Shown here: positions 1 to 10,744 of the stretch, one piece after another
Layout: each line of letters opens with the position of its first letter
How positions within the stretch are numbered: the first letter of the stretch is position 1
Assembly: GCA_010909165.1 (NCBI GenBank)
Contig: VJWM01000103.1
Span: forward strand, 372,001 to 436,000
Source of the DNA: Anthoceros angustus
Taxonomy: Eukaryota; Plantae; Anthocerotophyta
DNA length: 64,000 nucleotides
Direction of reading: 5' to 3'
Translations under genes and position numbers: made by a program
The notes under the pieces: generated by a model
What the model was told of the DNA's origin: nothing
Database searches by the model: none
Seen by the model: only the letters and a program-made list of their open reading frames with translations

Positions 1-486
1 CCTTCATCCGCGTCTGTGACATTTGTGTACGTGCTGCAAGTTTGTGTGATTCTGGTCCCCAACCGCGTCATGCAGTGTCATATGCAAGGATTTGACGCTG
101 ATAGGGTTGTAAGTCATGGCTCGGCAGACATGTGTTCACTTTGGTGAAAGGGTACACGACGCACAGGCTGATGAAACGGTCACTTGGAGTACCGTAACTG
201 CAGGATACTGTCAGCAAGGCGTATGCCAAGGGTTGGCAACCCAGCGTTGGAGGAGCCTGACCTGTATAGTGCTGTGGGACAGGGAAGGATTTCTGAGGCC
301 TGCTACGGCAGGCGGGAAGATTGAAATGGTGTAACAGTAGCTTGGAGGGTACTTGCTGCATGCCTTGTCACATCCTTTACTCGGTGTGGGATAGCTTGCA
401 CGAGAGCCAGAGCTGCAAAATGGAGCCACTGTCATGGGAAATATCGGGCCTGCAGTTTCCTAGTCACGGCTGCTTACCCAGGTCTC

Positions 487-1190
487 TCAGCAAGTGTGTG
501 TGTGTTCTATGGGAGACAGGAGATCGAAGACAGGGTCAGGGCCAAGACGGAGCACTCGGGATGTTGCACCCGGACAAGCGCAGTCTTCATTCAGCTGGGG
601 TCGCAGACTCAACAGAAGCGAAATACGATCTTCAACGGAACTCACAACACTTCGATGCAGCAAGCTCTGGTACCTCCCGTTGCTGATGAACTGGTGCCAT
701 GGAAGTCCATGGGCGTCAGTTAAAGGGGCTCCCACAAGCAAGCAGAGAGTGCCTGAAAGCACCATCCCCCAACGTTGACAACGAGAGCCCCAGGCGCGGG
801 ATGGATGGTGAGCCGCTCCCCGTTGTGCAAGATCTGGAGCCCTGGCAGACCGTTAGTCTGTTGCAGGCTGTTGATGCCGCTGGCATCTGCATGGGCGTTC
901 AGGCTGCGCACGTTCGATGGCCGTGCACACGGCGGGTAACAGTTCCTGGATACTGCGCAAATGTCGCACACCTCCTCCAAGCAGGAGGCGGAAGCCCCAG
1001 ATTCCGGCTCACAATCTTGAACAGAAGCGACCCCACCTCGGCAGATGTGTGCCACATCACAATCCTTGGTCTGCACGACATCCATGGCCAATATCACCTA
1101 GGCTTTGAGCAGCCGCTCAGATGCTCTGTAAGCCAGGGGGCCCGAGTGGGAACCTGTAGTCAGGAGGCTGTTGAGGCCATTCGTGGAGAG
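487..1190 (-). pseudogene. Truncated inverted paralog of the adjacent 2OG/Fe(II) dioxygenase (3' exons only)
   Basis: Minus-strand peptides HEWPQQPPDYR, LEEVCDI..YPPCARPSNVRSLNAHADASGINSLQQ..PGLQILHNGERLTIHPAPGALVVNVG and ISNGRYQSLLHRSVVSSVEDRISLLLSLRP align with exons 2-4 of the gene at 1747-3108. The frame is disturbed after VNVG and no N-terminal exon is recognisable. Confidence 0.8.
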
Positions 1191-1746
1191 GAGAATATCG
1201 GCAGAGAGAGGAGGACATCGGTAGAATCTGTTGCGCAAATATCAGGATTGGTGGCCTTTGCCTGCGTATCAAGTTTGGTGGCCAATGACAATGCCCGGAG
1301 AGCGGAAGTATCAACTGACCACAAGTTGTGTGGCTGACACCTTGCCGATGCCAATTCCCATCTGTATATTATTGGTTGTCTCACTATCTCTTGCACACAT
1401 CATCATCTCTGACTGAGAACAGGTTGGGTGGCGGGGGCACCTGGAGCCTGTGCCTCAGAACGTGCCGCTAGGGTCGTTTCTAGAACTGCGCGCGTAACCT
1501 GCTTGCACTGCGAGCCTTGGAATCTGGACTTGTCGATGCTTGTTGGAAGGGCGATATCGCTAAATATACTTGTGGTTCCGATTTTAGACTTCTCCCTCCG
1601 GCACTGTCCCGAAATTTTCCTTGTCGCCTAAAGTATAAGATTCGGTCCCGGAATGAGCATTGTTAAAGCCTGCAAGAGCCGAGAAGCGCGAGGGCCTCCC
1701 GGAAGCTGGCTTGTAATTCTGGTGCAGGCCTGCGACCTCGAGGGAA

Positions 1747-3108
1747 ATGGCCCCTGACGTTTCCCAACTCTGCAGGTTGCAGCCTGATGAGGGTAAGGAG
1801 TTGCCGCTGGAGTTCTTCCAGAAGGCGCCAGTGCAGTTCATCGCCGAGAAGGGGGAAGTGCCTGCTTGTTTCCTGCAGGCTGAGCCAATAGATTTCGACG
1901 CTTCGGCCAAGAAGGAAGTGCCGATCGTCGATCTCTCAGGCTACTACAGCGGTGATGAGGCGGCTAAGCAGGATGTGCGCGCTCGCATCGCGTCCGCATG
2001 CGAGGAGTGGGGATTTTTTCAGGTGAGCAATTCCTTGGAGCCAGCGAATGGCTCATGTGTCAGTGCGTGCTTCAGTCTCACGATGTGTGGGTGCATCGGA
2101 ATATGGGCGCAGGTGGTGAATCACGGTGGGGATGGGAAGGTGCTGGAACAAGGGATGGATGTGATGCGCCAATTCTATGCGCTGCCCTTGGAGGAGAAGC
2201 TCAAATGCGGAAGCAAGAACAGGCGCAATTTCGCCGGCTACGGCCGTTTACTGCAGCAGTATCGGGCCACCGGACTGGAGTGGCGGGATGTCTTCTTCTT
2301 CCACGACGAGCGCTTCCACGGACCTGCTGAGGGACACGAATGGCCTCAACAGCCGCCGAATTACAGGCAAAACCCGCTGCGCCCATCTCAGTCGCACGCA
2401 ACTCAGATTGGACAATGTTGTCGTGGAGCTTGCCTGAATGTCGGCTGTGTCCCGCAGAGAGAAAATCGTTGAGTGGCAGGCCGAGCTGGTCAAGGTGGGC
2501 TCTGTTCTGACCAAGATCATAAGCGAGAACCTGGAGATTCCGTTGTCCTATCTGGAGGAGGTGTGCGAGATGGCCACAGTCACCAGCAACTACTATCCCA
2601 TATGCTCACGACCGTCAGACGTCATCGGCCTGAACGCGCATGCGGATGCCAGCATTCTCAACATTTTGCAGCAGACTGATGCTGTACCTGGCCTACAGAT
2701 TCTGCGCAACGGGGAGTGGCTCACTATCCATCCCGTGCCCGGAGCTCTCGTTGTCAACGTGGGGGATGTTTTGGAGGTGAGTGCTGTGCATGCTGTCGCG
2801 ACCACAGTTGCAATCTCCTCTAAGCTTACAATGTCTGACGCACGTGCTGGGTTTCTTCGCAACAGATTTTTAGCAATGGGAAGTACCAGAGCCTCATGCA
2901 CCGAGGTATCGTAAGCTCCATAGCAGATCGCATTTCCCTTTTGCTAGCTCTGCGACCCAATCGTGACACCCTGATGACCGCACATCCCAAAGACGGCGAG
3001 CGGTTGCGCTACCGCTCCGTAACTTTTGAAGACTATTTGGCGCTTCGGGGAATGAATGGCTCGCTGGGCGGAAAGGAATACCTGGAGTCTCTTCGTCTCG
3101 TCGACTGA
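1747..3108 (+). CDS. 2-oxoglutarate/Fe(II)-dependent dioxygenase (plant DOXC-type); exons 1747-2022, 2113-2366, 2458-2776, 2866-3108
   Basis: N-terminal VPIVDLS..ACEEWGFFQVVNHG, NYYP.C, HxD (AHAD), distal H (LMHRG) and RxS (DRIS). The introns join in frame: two GT-AG and one GC-AG. Confidence 0.93.
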
Positions 3109-4000
3109 AGGGCAAAAGACCCAAACCTTAAAACGCCACTTTCCGAAGTGCCCATTCGGTGCATCTTACACGAAAGACCCGCTCATCAAGTGCAAACATG
3201 AAAGCCTAGTTTGTCAGGCTAATTTCGTGCCCCAAACCTGTCATACTTCCCAATCGAGATGCATAACAATGGAAGTCTGTTTCGACTGGCATCTTCCTTC
3301 CTGGACGATCCAGGGTGTCGGTTCTGACAGCGTCTCTTGGCGTGGGAAAGACAGTTTAGGACCTGATGAAACATACTGGCAGCTAACGATAACCTCACCG
3401 GAGAAAGCTATATGTCATCGAACTCAGCAGCCATAAGCTGCCATATTCAGGAAAAGCATGCCCTGTCATCACAACTCTTGGTTTCACATAGACCTTTGAA
3501 TCTTCGATACCCCTCAGGGTTGTGATAAGGAGGACGTCTTCTTTTCGATCATGACCCTTCAGGTAACATATGTCCCTACTTTTTCTTCCCACTACTCGAG
3601 GCACCAAACCCACACTTATGCTTGGACCCTCGGAGCAACTGCTACCTCGGATAACCATTAACATAACCTCAAAGATTTGACTTCACTACCAACCAGCATC
3701 CCCGACACTCCAGGGTTGGGTCGACGTCTTTCCGACGTCTTTTTGCTTTGATCAAGCCGCAAAATCGGGCTTGTTGCGGACCAAAAGTATGACAAAAAAA
3801 ACTCAAATACAACACCAATCTCCAAAAAAGTATGGTGAGGGACAAAAAGTGAGCTAGCTAAGGCCTCTAACGTCTTAACTGCAGAGTCCCCAGTTGCCGC
3901 GATACGCAAACCTGCTGTACATTACGTGAGCATCTGTCGCTCCTGTACACTGTACAGCACGCCTGGAGTCTCTGAAACACAGTGACATCAGGAGCGGCTG

Positions 4001-4515
4001 TCAATGGTGGCCGCCGCCGGTGTGCTCCTCTGCCGCCCTGTCCGTTCCAGTTCCCTGTCCACCAACGGCGCCCGTTACAGTATCTTTGGCCTTTTGAACC
4101 GTCTCCTCGATCTTGGTTCCAACCTGAAAACACCCAAAAGCCGCATTACAGCAATGAGCAGGAGGGCTGGAGGAAATGGTATCACCAGACCTAATTACTT
4201 GAAGAAGCAGCCTGTGAGGGTCGATGGATCAGACCTGTTGCAGCACGTCCCCGGATTTTTGCTTGCCCTCCTCGGCAGTCTGCTTGGTCTCTTCCCACTT
4301 CTCCTGCCCAGAATCAGCCGCGCGGTGGGCCTTGTCTTGTCCGGCCTCTGCCGTCTCGTGGGCCTTGTCGCCCACGGCCCCCGTCACTCCCTGAACCCAC
4401 CACCACGGAATTATACACCACCTAATTAATTAGCAAAAGATAAACGTCACCTGTGCATCCCTTAGTTGAGATAACAGAGGACTGGGAGGTGCACCTTGTC
4501 GTGCTCGCTCGACAT
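4001..4515 (-). CDS. LEA (group 3 / LEA_4-like) protein, 100 aa; exons 4515-4495, 4390-4235, 4123-4001
   Basis: Manual splicing at GT-AG sites gives MSSEHDK|GVTGAVGDKAHETAEAGQDKAHRAADSGQEKWEETKQTAEEGKQKSGDVLQQ|VGTKIEETVQKAKDTVTGAVGGQGTGTDRAAEEHTGGGHH*. It has 11-mer-like repeats and shares GQEKWE and LQQ|intron with the + strand LEA. Confidence 0.85.
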
Positions 4516-5106
4516 TGTGGAAGATTTCTCCAAAAACTACGGTAACGCGAATGCATGAACCAGGCAACGATGGATGAATTCTGCTCTTTCAAAGTTGTCG
4601 TGGAGTGCGTTTTGAGACGCGGAGACGCGGTCGTGTCGGAGACGCTTGCTCTTGAGACGTCGCAGATACCATGCATGTCGCCACATCTCACAGCAACTGG
4701 AGTCCGCGTGTCGCCTAGAGCCTGGCCAAGTGAGCTGTCAAGGTGAGCCTTATCATATTATAATTCGGAAAATGTACATAACTATTGAAGCAAATTCTTA
4801 CGTGTTTTCCCTCTACTGGTGCAGTGAGGCGGTCCTGGACCCAGATGCCTGGACGCCACTTGGGGTTGCACTATTCGGCCACCTAGCAATGCAAACTAGG
4901 CTGAACTCCGTGGAGGAATATGTATAAGACTCGGGCCTTGGCTCCTTCTCGCTCACATCGCCTCTTCCTTGCATTCCATCGTACCAGTTTTCAGCTCTGG
5001 AAGCTTTTGCATTCTGGGAATTGAACTTATAGGGGAGGAGGTTTTTCTGGCTTTCATATCCCTCCTTTGCACCTTGGGAGGTTCGCAATCCAGCTCTCCA
5101 CCAGCA
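4516..5106. promoter_or_regulatory. Shared divergent promoter region of the two LEA genes
   Basis: ~590 bp between opposite ATGs. Contains ABRE-like TACGTGT (~4799), CE3-like CGCGTGTC (~4705), CGTGTC (~4632), RY-like CATGCA (~4670, and TGCATG ~4552) and TATAAG (~4923). Confidence 0.55.
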
Positions 5107-5530
5107 ATGGCCGAGCAATTCCAGCAGACCAAGCAGGAAGCCGGGCAGAAGGCAGATGAGGTAGCGCAATTTGGGCAGGAGAAGACTGGTCAGGCGGGGC
5201 AGCAGGCTCAGGGTTTCGGAGAGACAATTCGGGACAAGGCCAATGAGGTTGGCCAGGCGGGGCAGGAGAAATGGGAGCAGACGACGCAGGATACGAGCGG
5301 ACCCGATGCCACCGGCACGGCCCAGGACAAGGCTCAGGAGGTGAAGGAGAAGACAGGCAATCTTCTTCAGCAGGTTAGTAGATATATTCGTGCTTGGAAT
5401 CTGTCTGTTGCCGCCGACTTCAGACGATCGCCGCCCTCTAATGCACTTCTTTTTGTCTTGATTACACAATCTGTAGACTGGTGACAAGGTGAAGGAGTAC
5501 GTGGACAAACTGTCTGGCAACAACAACTGA
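5107..5530 (+). CDS. LEA (group 3 / LEA_4-like) protein; exons 5107-5373, 5477-5530
   Basis: MAEQFQQTKQEAGQKADEVAQFGQEKTGQ...AQDKAQEVKEKTGNLLQQ|TGDKVKEYVDKLSGNNN*. Hydrophilic A/Q/E/K/G/T repeats, GT-AG intron. Confidence 0.9.
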
Positions 5531-7305
5531 CTCAGTTGTTTGGACGCAATTACAGACCTTTCGAGACAAAGTTGTAGGAAAACTTGGGTAGAAGCTTAAG
5601 GCACCAAGGCACCCAATCCTTGCAAACTTGGATGCTCAGCCAACATGTGTGCCATATTATGCGTCATAAAATGTCATCTAGGGCAGTCTGTAAGAGAGAG
5701 CAGTCTGTAAGAGAGACGAAGTGTTGAAAACGGTGCTATGTCGTTTCCGTTTTTGTGTGAAATGTGTAATAAACAGATATGTATCTTTTTCCATCTTTCA
5801 AGCATCCTCGATACGGGACGCCATCTCATCTCCACAATCATTCGATACGAGATATACCCTTATCTGTACATAAGGTACATTTCTCTACATCATATGTACC
5901 AAGCATCCTCTTTCAAACAAAATAAATAAATGTAGTTGAAAAACCATGTACCTACTGTATGTAGGATTATGTAGGATCAATCAACACTTTTTCGACGACC
6001 ATATGGGATACCATCAGATCGTATCCACACAAAAATTTCTCACCGGGCACGACAAGTGGAGCCCACGTTCTGCTCGCTAAACGGGATGAGGGGATGGGCA
6101 CACCTATGTACTGTACATATTTGCGACGGAGGAGTGGCAGCACGAATTATGATTCACCTTACTTGTAGTTTGGAACACTCGTAATCCCTAATCAGAAAGC
6201 GGGAGAGAAATGGACCCTAACAAGAAAGCAGGAAGCAGGACATGGCGCTGAGCAGGGCATCAGACTTGTGTCTTGGGCACTCAGCAGGAAACGGTATTGG
6301 ATCGATGAAGAGAAAACCAGTTGGCGGAGGGGGAACATGGGAAGGGAGAGAGGATGCCGGCGGTTTGTGGCACACGAGCGGTACGGTGAGCAGGCTCGTA
6401 TATTTGGTGATGAGATTTTGGCGAGGGCATGCTGTTGGTCCGCGTCACAGCGTGACAGCAGGCGCCGTTTGAAAATGCTTTTATAGATCTAAATCCTTGG
6501 CCTGCCAACGTCAGGCCAGTGGGATGGCCCGTCGCCTAAGGCTAACGCAAACTTAATGAGCCCTGCCATTCGTACCGCCCGTGTGGCCACGCACCCCGAT
6601 GCAAAGCCGAGAGGCATGAGGCCGGCATGCGGGCATGCTTCTCTTTCTTTCCGCCGTCTCCTTTTCCGGCAACGGGGCGTCCGTCGTCGCTCCTCTCAAC
6701 GGCCCCGTCCGCGCTCCTCTTATGGTCACCTATATCTAGTCTCAATATGTTCACCAAGCACTCGATCACGAACTCTCACTGTCCTGTTCATTTTGAACAT
6801 ACTGTAATAAATTATGTTTTCTCACCTGCAATAAAATCAGCTACACGGTCAGCAGGAATGTAAGCGCGCTTCACATTCATGTGCATTTTCATCTTCCCTC
6901 GATTGCCGTCCCATCCCGTCCCAATCCAATTGGCCAATTTATCTTGCCGTCCCATCCCGTCCCAATTATCGGACGCCAATGTGCCGTCTCCATCCCGTCC
7001 CTCTCATTTCAAATGGACCCGGCCTCGGCATTCTGCGCCATCCCGATTCCACTGCGGAGTTGGCCTGTCATCAGCTCCTCCGGCCGCTGCAGCGGCCACC
7101 CCAGCAGGTTCTCAGCCTCCCTTCTGTCTGTGTATGCCTATGGTGGTGACCAATGCTTCCCCCTGGCCTGTGAATTCAACGGGGCGCCCACTGACCAGAT
7201 GCACCTTGCGCGTCTTGTGTCCCTGTACAGGTCATACAGCTTGCTGGAGAAGGCGCTGCCCTGAGCCCGAGCCTGAGCCTGAGCCTGAGGGGCTGTAACA
7301 TCGTC

Positions 7306-7689
7306 ATGTCGGGGGTGTGGATGTTCAAGGACGGGATTTGCACGCTGGTGGCCAACCCGCTGGCGGACGGCAGGGACCGCGGGCAGGGCTGTGCGGGTGC
7401 GGGCGTCTCCCACAAGGTGCTGGTGCACGGCCCCACCAACCAGGTGGTCACCAGCTACCGGGAGCTGGGGGGCATGCTCCTGGACCTGGGCTGGGAGCCG
7501 TATCCCAACACCGACCCCCGCTTGCTGCAGTACCACAAGACCACCACCCCCTACCTCATCTCGCTTCCCTCCGACTTCGCCAGGATGAAGTCCACGCACA
7601 TGTTTGATATCGTGGTCCAGACTGGAGCCACCTTCGTGGTGCGGGACTCGCCTTCCCCCTCCTCTTCCTCTTCCTCTGCAGCATCATGA
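7306..7689 (+). CDS. FPF1: FLOWERING PROMOTING FACTOR 1-like protein, intronless
   Basis: MSGVWMFKDG..LVANP...KVLVH.PTNQVVTSY..L...L..LGWE.Y....LLQYHK....LISLP.DF.....HMFDIVV.....FVVRD matches the FPF1 family pattern along its full length. Family call only, not orthology. Confidence 0.9.
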   Translation: MSGVWMFKDGICTLVANPLADGRDRGQGCAGAGVSHKVLVHGPTNQVVTSYRELGGMLLDLGWEPYPNTDPRLLQYHKTTTPYLISLPSDFARMKSTHMFDIVVQTGATFVVRDSPSPSSSSSSAAS

Positions 7690-8545
7690 GATGAGGTGAG
7701 TCCGGATCCGCCGCCTTTCACTTTCCATGCTGTCTGCACAATTCCAACTACACTTGGCTGCCTCTTCATTCTCTTCATATTATATGCTCCTGCTCCTGCG
7801 CCTGCTCAGACCCTGCTCCTGCACTATGAGACGGCTCACAATTTCGTGACTGACAATGCGAAATCCACTGCTCAACGTTATGTACAGTTCAGATCCACAA
7901 ACAAGCGTTGGTTGGAGGCCAGCCTTCAAGTGAAGCTCAAGACAAGTAGCAAGTAGCCAACTTGGCCATGGATGCCGATACGTCAACACATTAGCTTCAG
8001 TGGCTCTTGCACTATAATCTCATTGCAATTTTCAAGTACCCATTTGTTGCCAACCTAGGCAGCACGGGCAGGACCCTTTCATTCCATTCCCCACTCCTCT
8101 CATCGCAGTACATGCCCAGCGTAGGCGTAACGGGGGGAACTGCCTTGGTGCACTACCTGTAAACACGGAAAACGTCTGCAAGTGTTTGCGCAGGAACGGT
8201 GAACGTGGGAATCACTGCCCCTAGAAGACTACGTACGCCATCGTTTGGGGGCAAAAGCGCTGCATCTGCAAACCTGTCGAAATAGTTCATGCACTATCCA
8301 CACAAACTGGTAGAGAATCAAGGCAGAAATGTCGTGGCCGCCCGCGAACCGGCCTGCTCTGTGGTAACCTGCAAGGCTTGTCCTAAGCAAAGAGAACTCG
8401 TTATGAAATAACCTGCTCCAAGAAATCGTGTGACGCGAACGAGGCTTCACAACAGTGGCCGAAGCCCCGAGCCCCTGATCGATCAAGAGGATGCTGAGGA
8501 CGGAATAAGAAATTGCCCCTAATCACATGAGACCTTCGCCGGAAG

Positions 8546-10744
8546 TGTAGAGGTTATGGCTATTAGAGCCCTAGTTAGGGCACGTTTGAAGATTATACTT
8601 TAATCCTTACTTAAGTTACTATGATATGAATAGGCATCTTAGATTCAGTTTTTATAACTACTTTTATATGTTCTTCAAACATTGTCATTGTTCACTTTTC
8701 AGTTCATACACTTTTTGGTTCTACGCTTCCGTGAAATCCATGTGCCTTCACATGGTATCAGAGCCATACAATCTCTGATGTCAATTTGTAGCATGTTGTT
8801 CAAATGCTAACAAAATGGCTAGGCACGGTAGAATTTCTGGGCACATAATTGAAGATTACCCAGTCTACCGTAGCCAAAGAAACCCTCATCGGGTACAACA
8901 AATTTACAGACTTGCACCTAGACATTGCAGATGTATTCCAAGATTGGAATCCACCATCAGCACTAGACAAACTAGTTATCAATCCACACGAGCCTTTGAA
9001 TTACAGATAGAGGCCATAGAATCCCGTCAACTCCAGATTTGGGCTTTTCTTCAAAACTTTGAGAAGTGTCACCGTCTAGCAGCTTCCAACTTAATTAAGT
9101 TGATCACTCAAAGGCAATCAGAAATAACCAACCTGCACATGTGGCATTACACTATTTAGATCAAAAGGTCTCACAACGCTTAAGATTGAATCATAAGGCG
9201 GCAATAGAAAGGTCAAAATAGCTACGGATGGAATTTACCAAATATCCGGTATGGATAACATGTCATCCAATCTTGCATTAGTGAGTTGTCAGGTCTAGAG
9301 TCTGATTAGGATTTGGTTAGAAATCCTGGATGTGGTCACCCCCACACAGAACGTACAAACACATCAAATATCCTCCAACAAATGTTTCTCCACCCTCAAA
9401 CATGGCCTCAACAAATAACTCCACAACAACAATCAACGCAAAGATGGAAAGCTGGTTATTATTGCTTTATATGTGGACGACATTATAATTGCTACTAATA
9501 GCCAGGAGTTATTATCAAAAGTGAAGACCACTCTTAGTTCCAAGTACAAGATGAAGGACATTGGGACTCTTACCTATTGCCTTGGAGTTCAAATTGCTAG
9601 GAATAGGGCAGAAGGTACCCTTAGTATTCATCAAACCAAATATGTTAAAGAGCTTCTTAATCGTTTCAAGCTTGAGGCAGCTCGTCCCGCAACCCCTTGC
9701 AAATGGACAAGTCTTATCTACTCGGGACAGCCCACCCACGAGGAGGAACGAGAGAGGATGCTTCACACACCTTATAGGGAGGCGATGGGATGCTTACTTT
9801 TCCTTAGTGGTTGGACTCGACCGATATCACTCATGTTGTTTCTATTGTATCGCAATTCCTTTCTAATCGGTTTAGCTCATTGGGTTGCGTAACGCATCTA
9901 TCGTTATCCGTCTGGGACCCTTCATGTAGGACTTCAATATAAGCGATCGAGCAGGAAGACTATTACTTGAGGGTTGGTCCGATGCTAATTGGGCAGCTGA
10001 TCCGTGACAAGGAAAAGTCTATCTAGCTATTGTTTTACCTTGTGGTGCTGTAGTTTCATGGACATGTAAGAAAAGAGTGTGTCTCTTAGCTCAATCGAGA
10101 GTGAGTATGCTTCCTTAACACTTGCGGCAAGGAAGTCATGTCGGAAGGTCTTTATTAGTGGAGATGGATCAAGCTCGGGACTCACCTACCTTGTTGCATT
10201 AACAATATGTCGGCAATAGCTTTAACCAAGAATGCCAAGTACCATGCTCGGACTAAGCATATAGGCATTTATCATCATTTTATTAGACCTAGTCTCCGAG
10301 CATCGTAACTATTGAGTACATCCCAACAGAGGAGAACCCGCGTATATATTTACAAAAGGTTTATCCAAGGCCAAGCACCAGTATTTCTCTTCTGCTTTAG
10401 GCCTTGTGGACTTATCAAATGGTTCAAGTGCTCTTCTGCACATACGCTAACTTGCTATACATTTATGTTCTTATCAAGAGTGAACTGGACGTGTTAGATT
10501 GTTAGTCTCATTCATGTTGCTTCAAACGTGAGTGGGAGTGTAGAGGTTATGGCTATTAGAGCCCTAGTTAGGCACGTTTGAAGATTATACTTTAATCCTT
10601 ACTTAAGTTACTATGATATGAATAGGCATCTTAGATTCAGTTTTTATAACTACTTTTATATGCTCTTCAAACATTGTCATTGTTCACTTTTCAGTTCATA
10701 CACTTTTTGGTTCTACGCTTCCGTGAAATCCATGTGCCTTCACA
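8546..10744 (+). mobile_element. Internally deleted Ty1/copia LTR retrotransposon (~2.2 kb)
   Basis: Near-identical ~207 bp TG..CA LTRs at 8546-8752 and 10539-10744. PBS TGGTATCAGAGCC at 8753, PPT GAGTGGGAG before the 3' LTR, and 5-bp TSD GGAAG at 8541-8545 and 10745-10749. RT/RNaseH remnants (YVDDIIIATN, MKDIG, TRPDI, WSDANWA, ARTKHI) are frameshifted. Confidence 0.92.

Noticed and set aside
4004-4429. Leu-rich ORFs 4004-4429 (+) and 4813-5526 (-) as membrane proteins
   Set aside because: They are antisense shadows of the two LEA genes.
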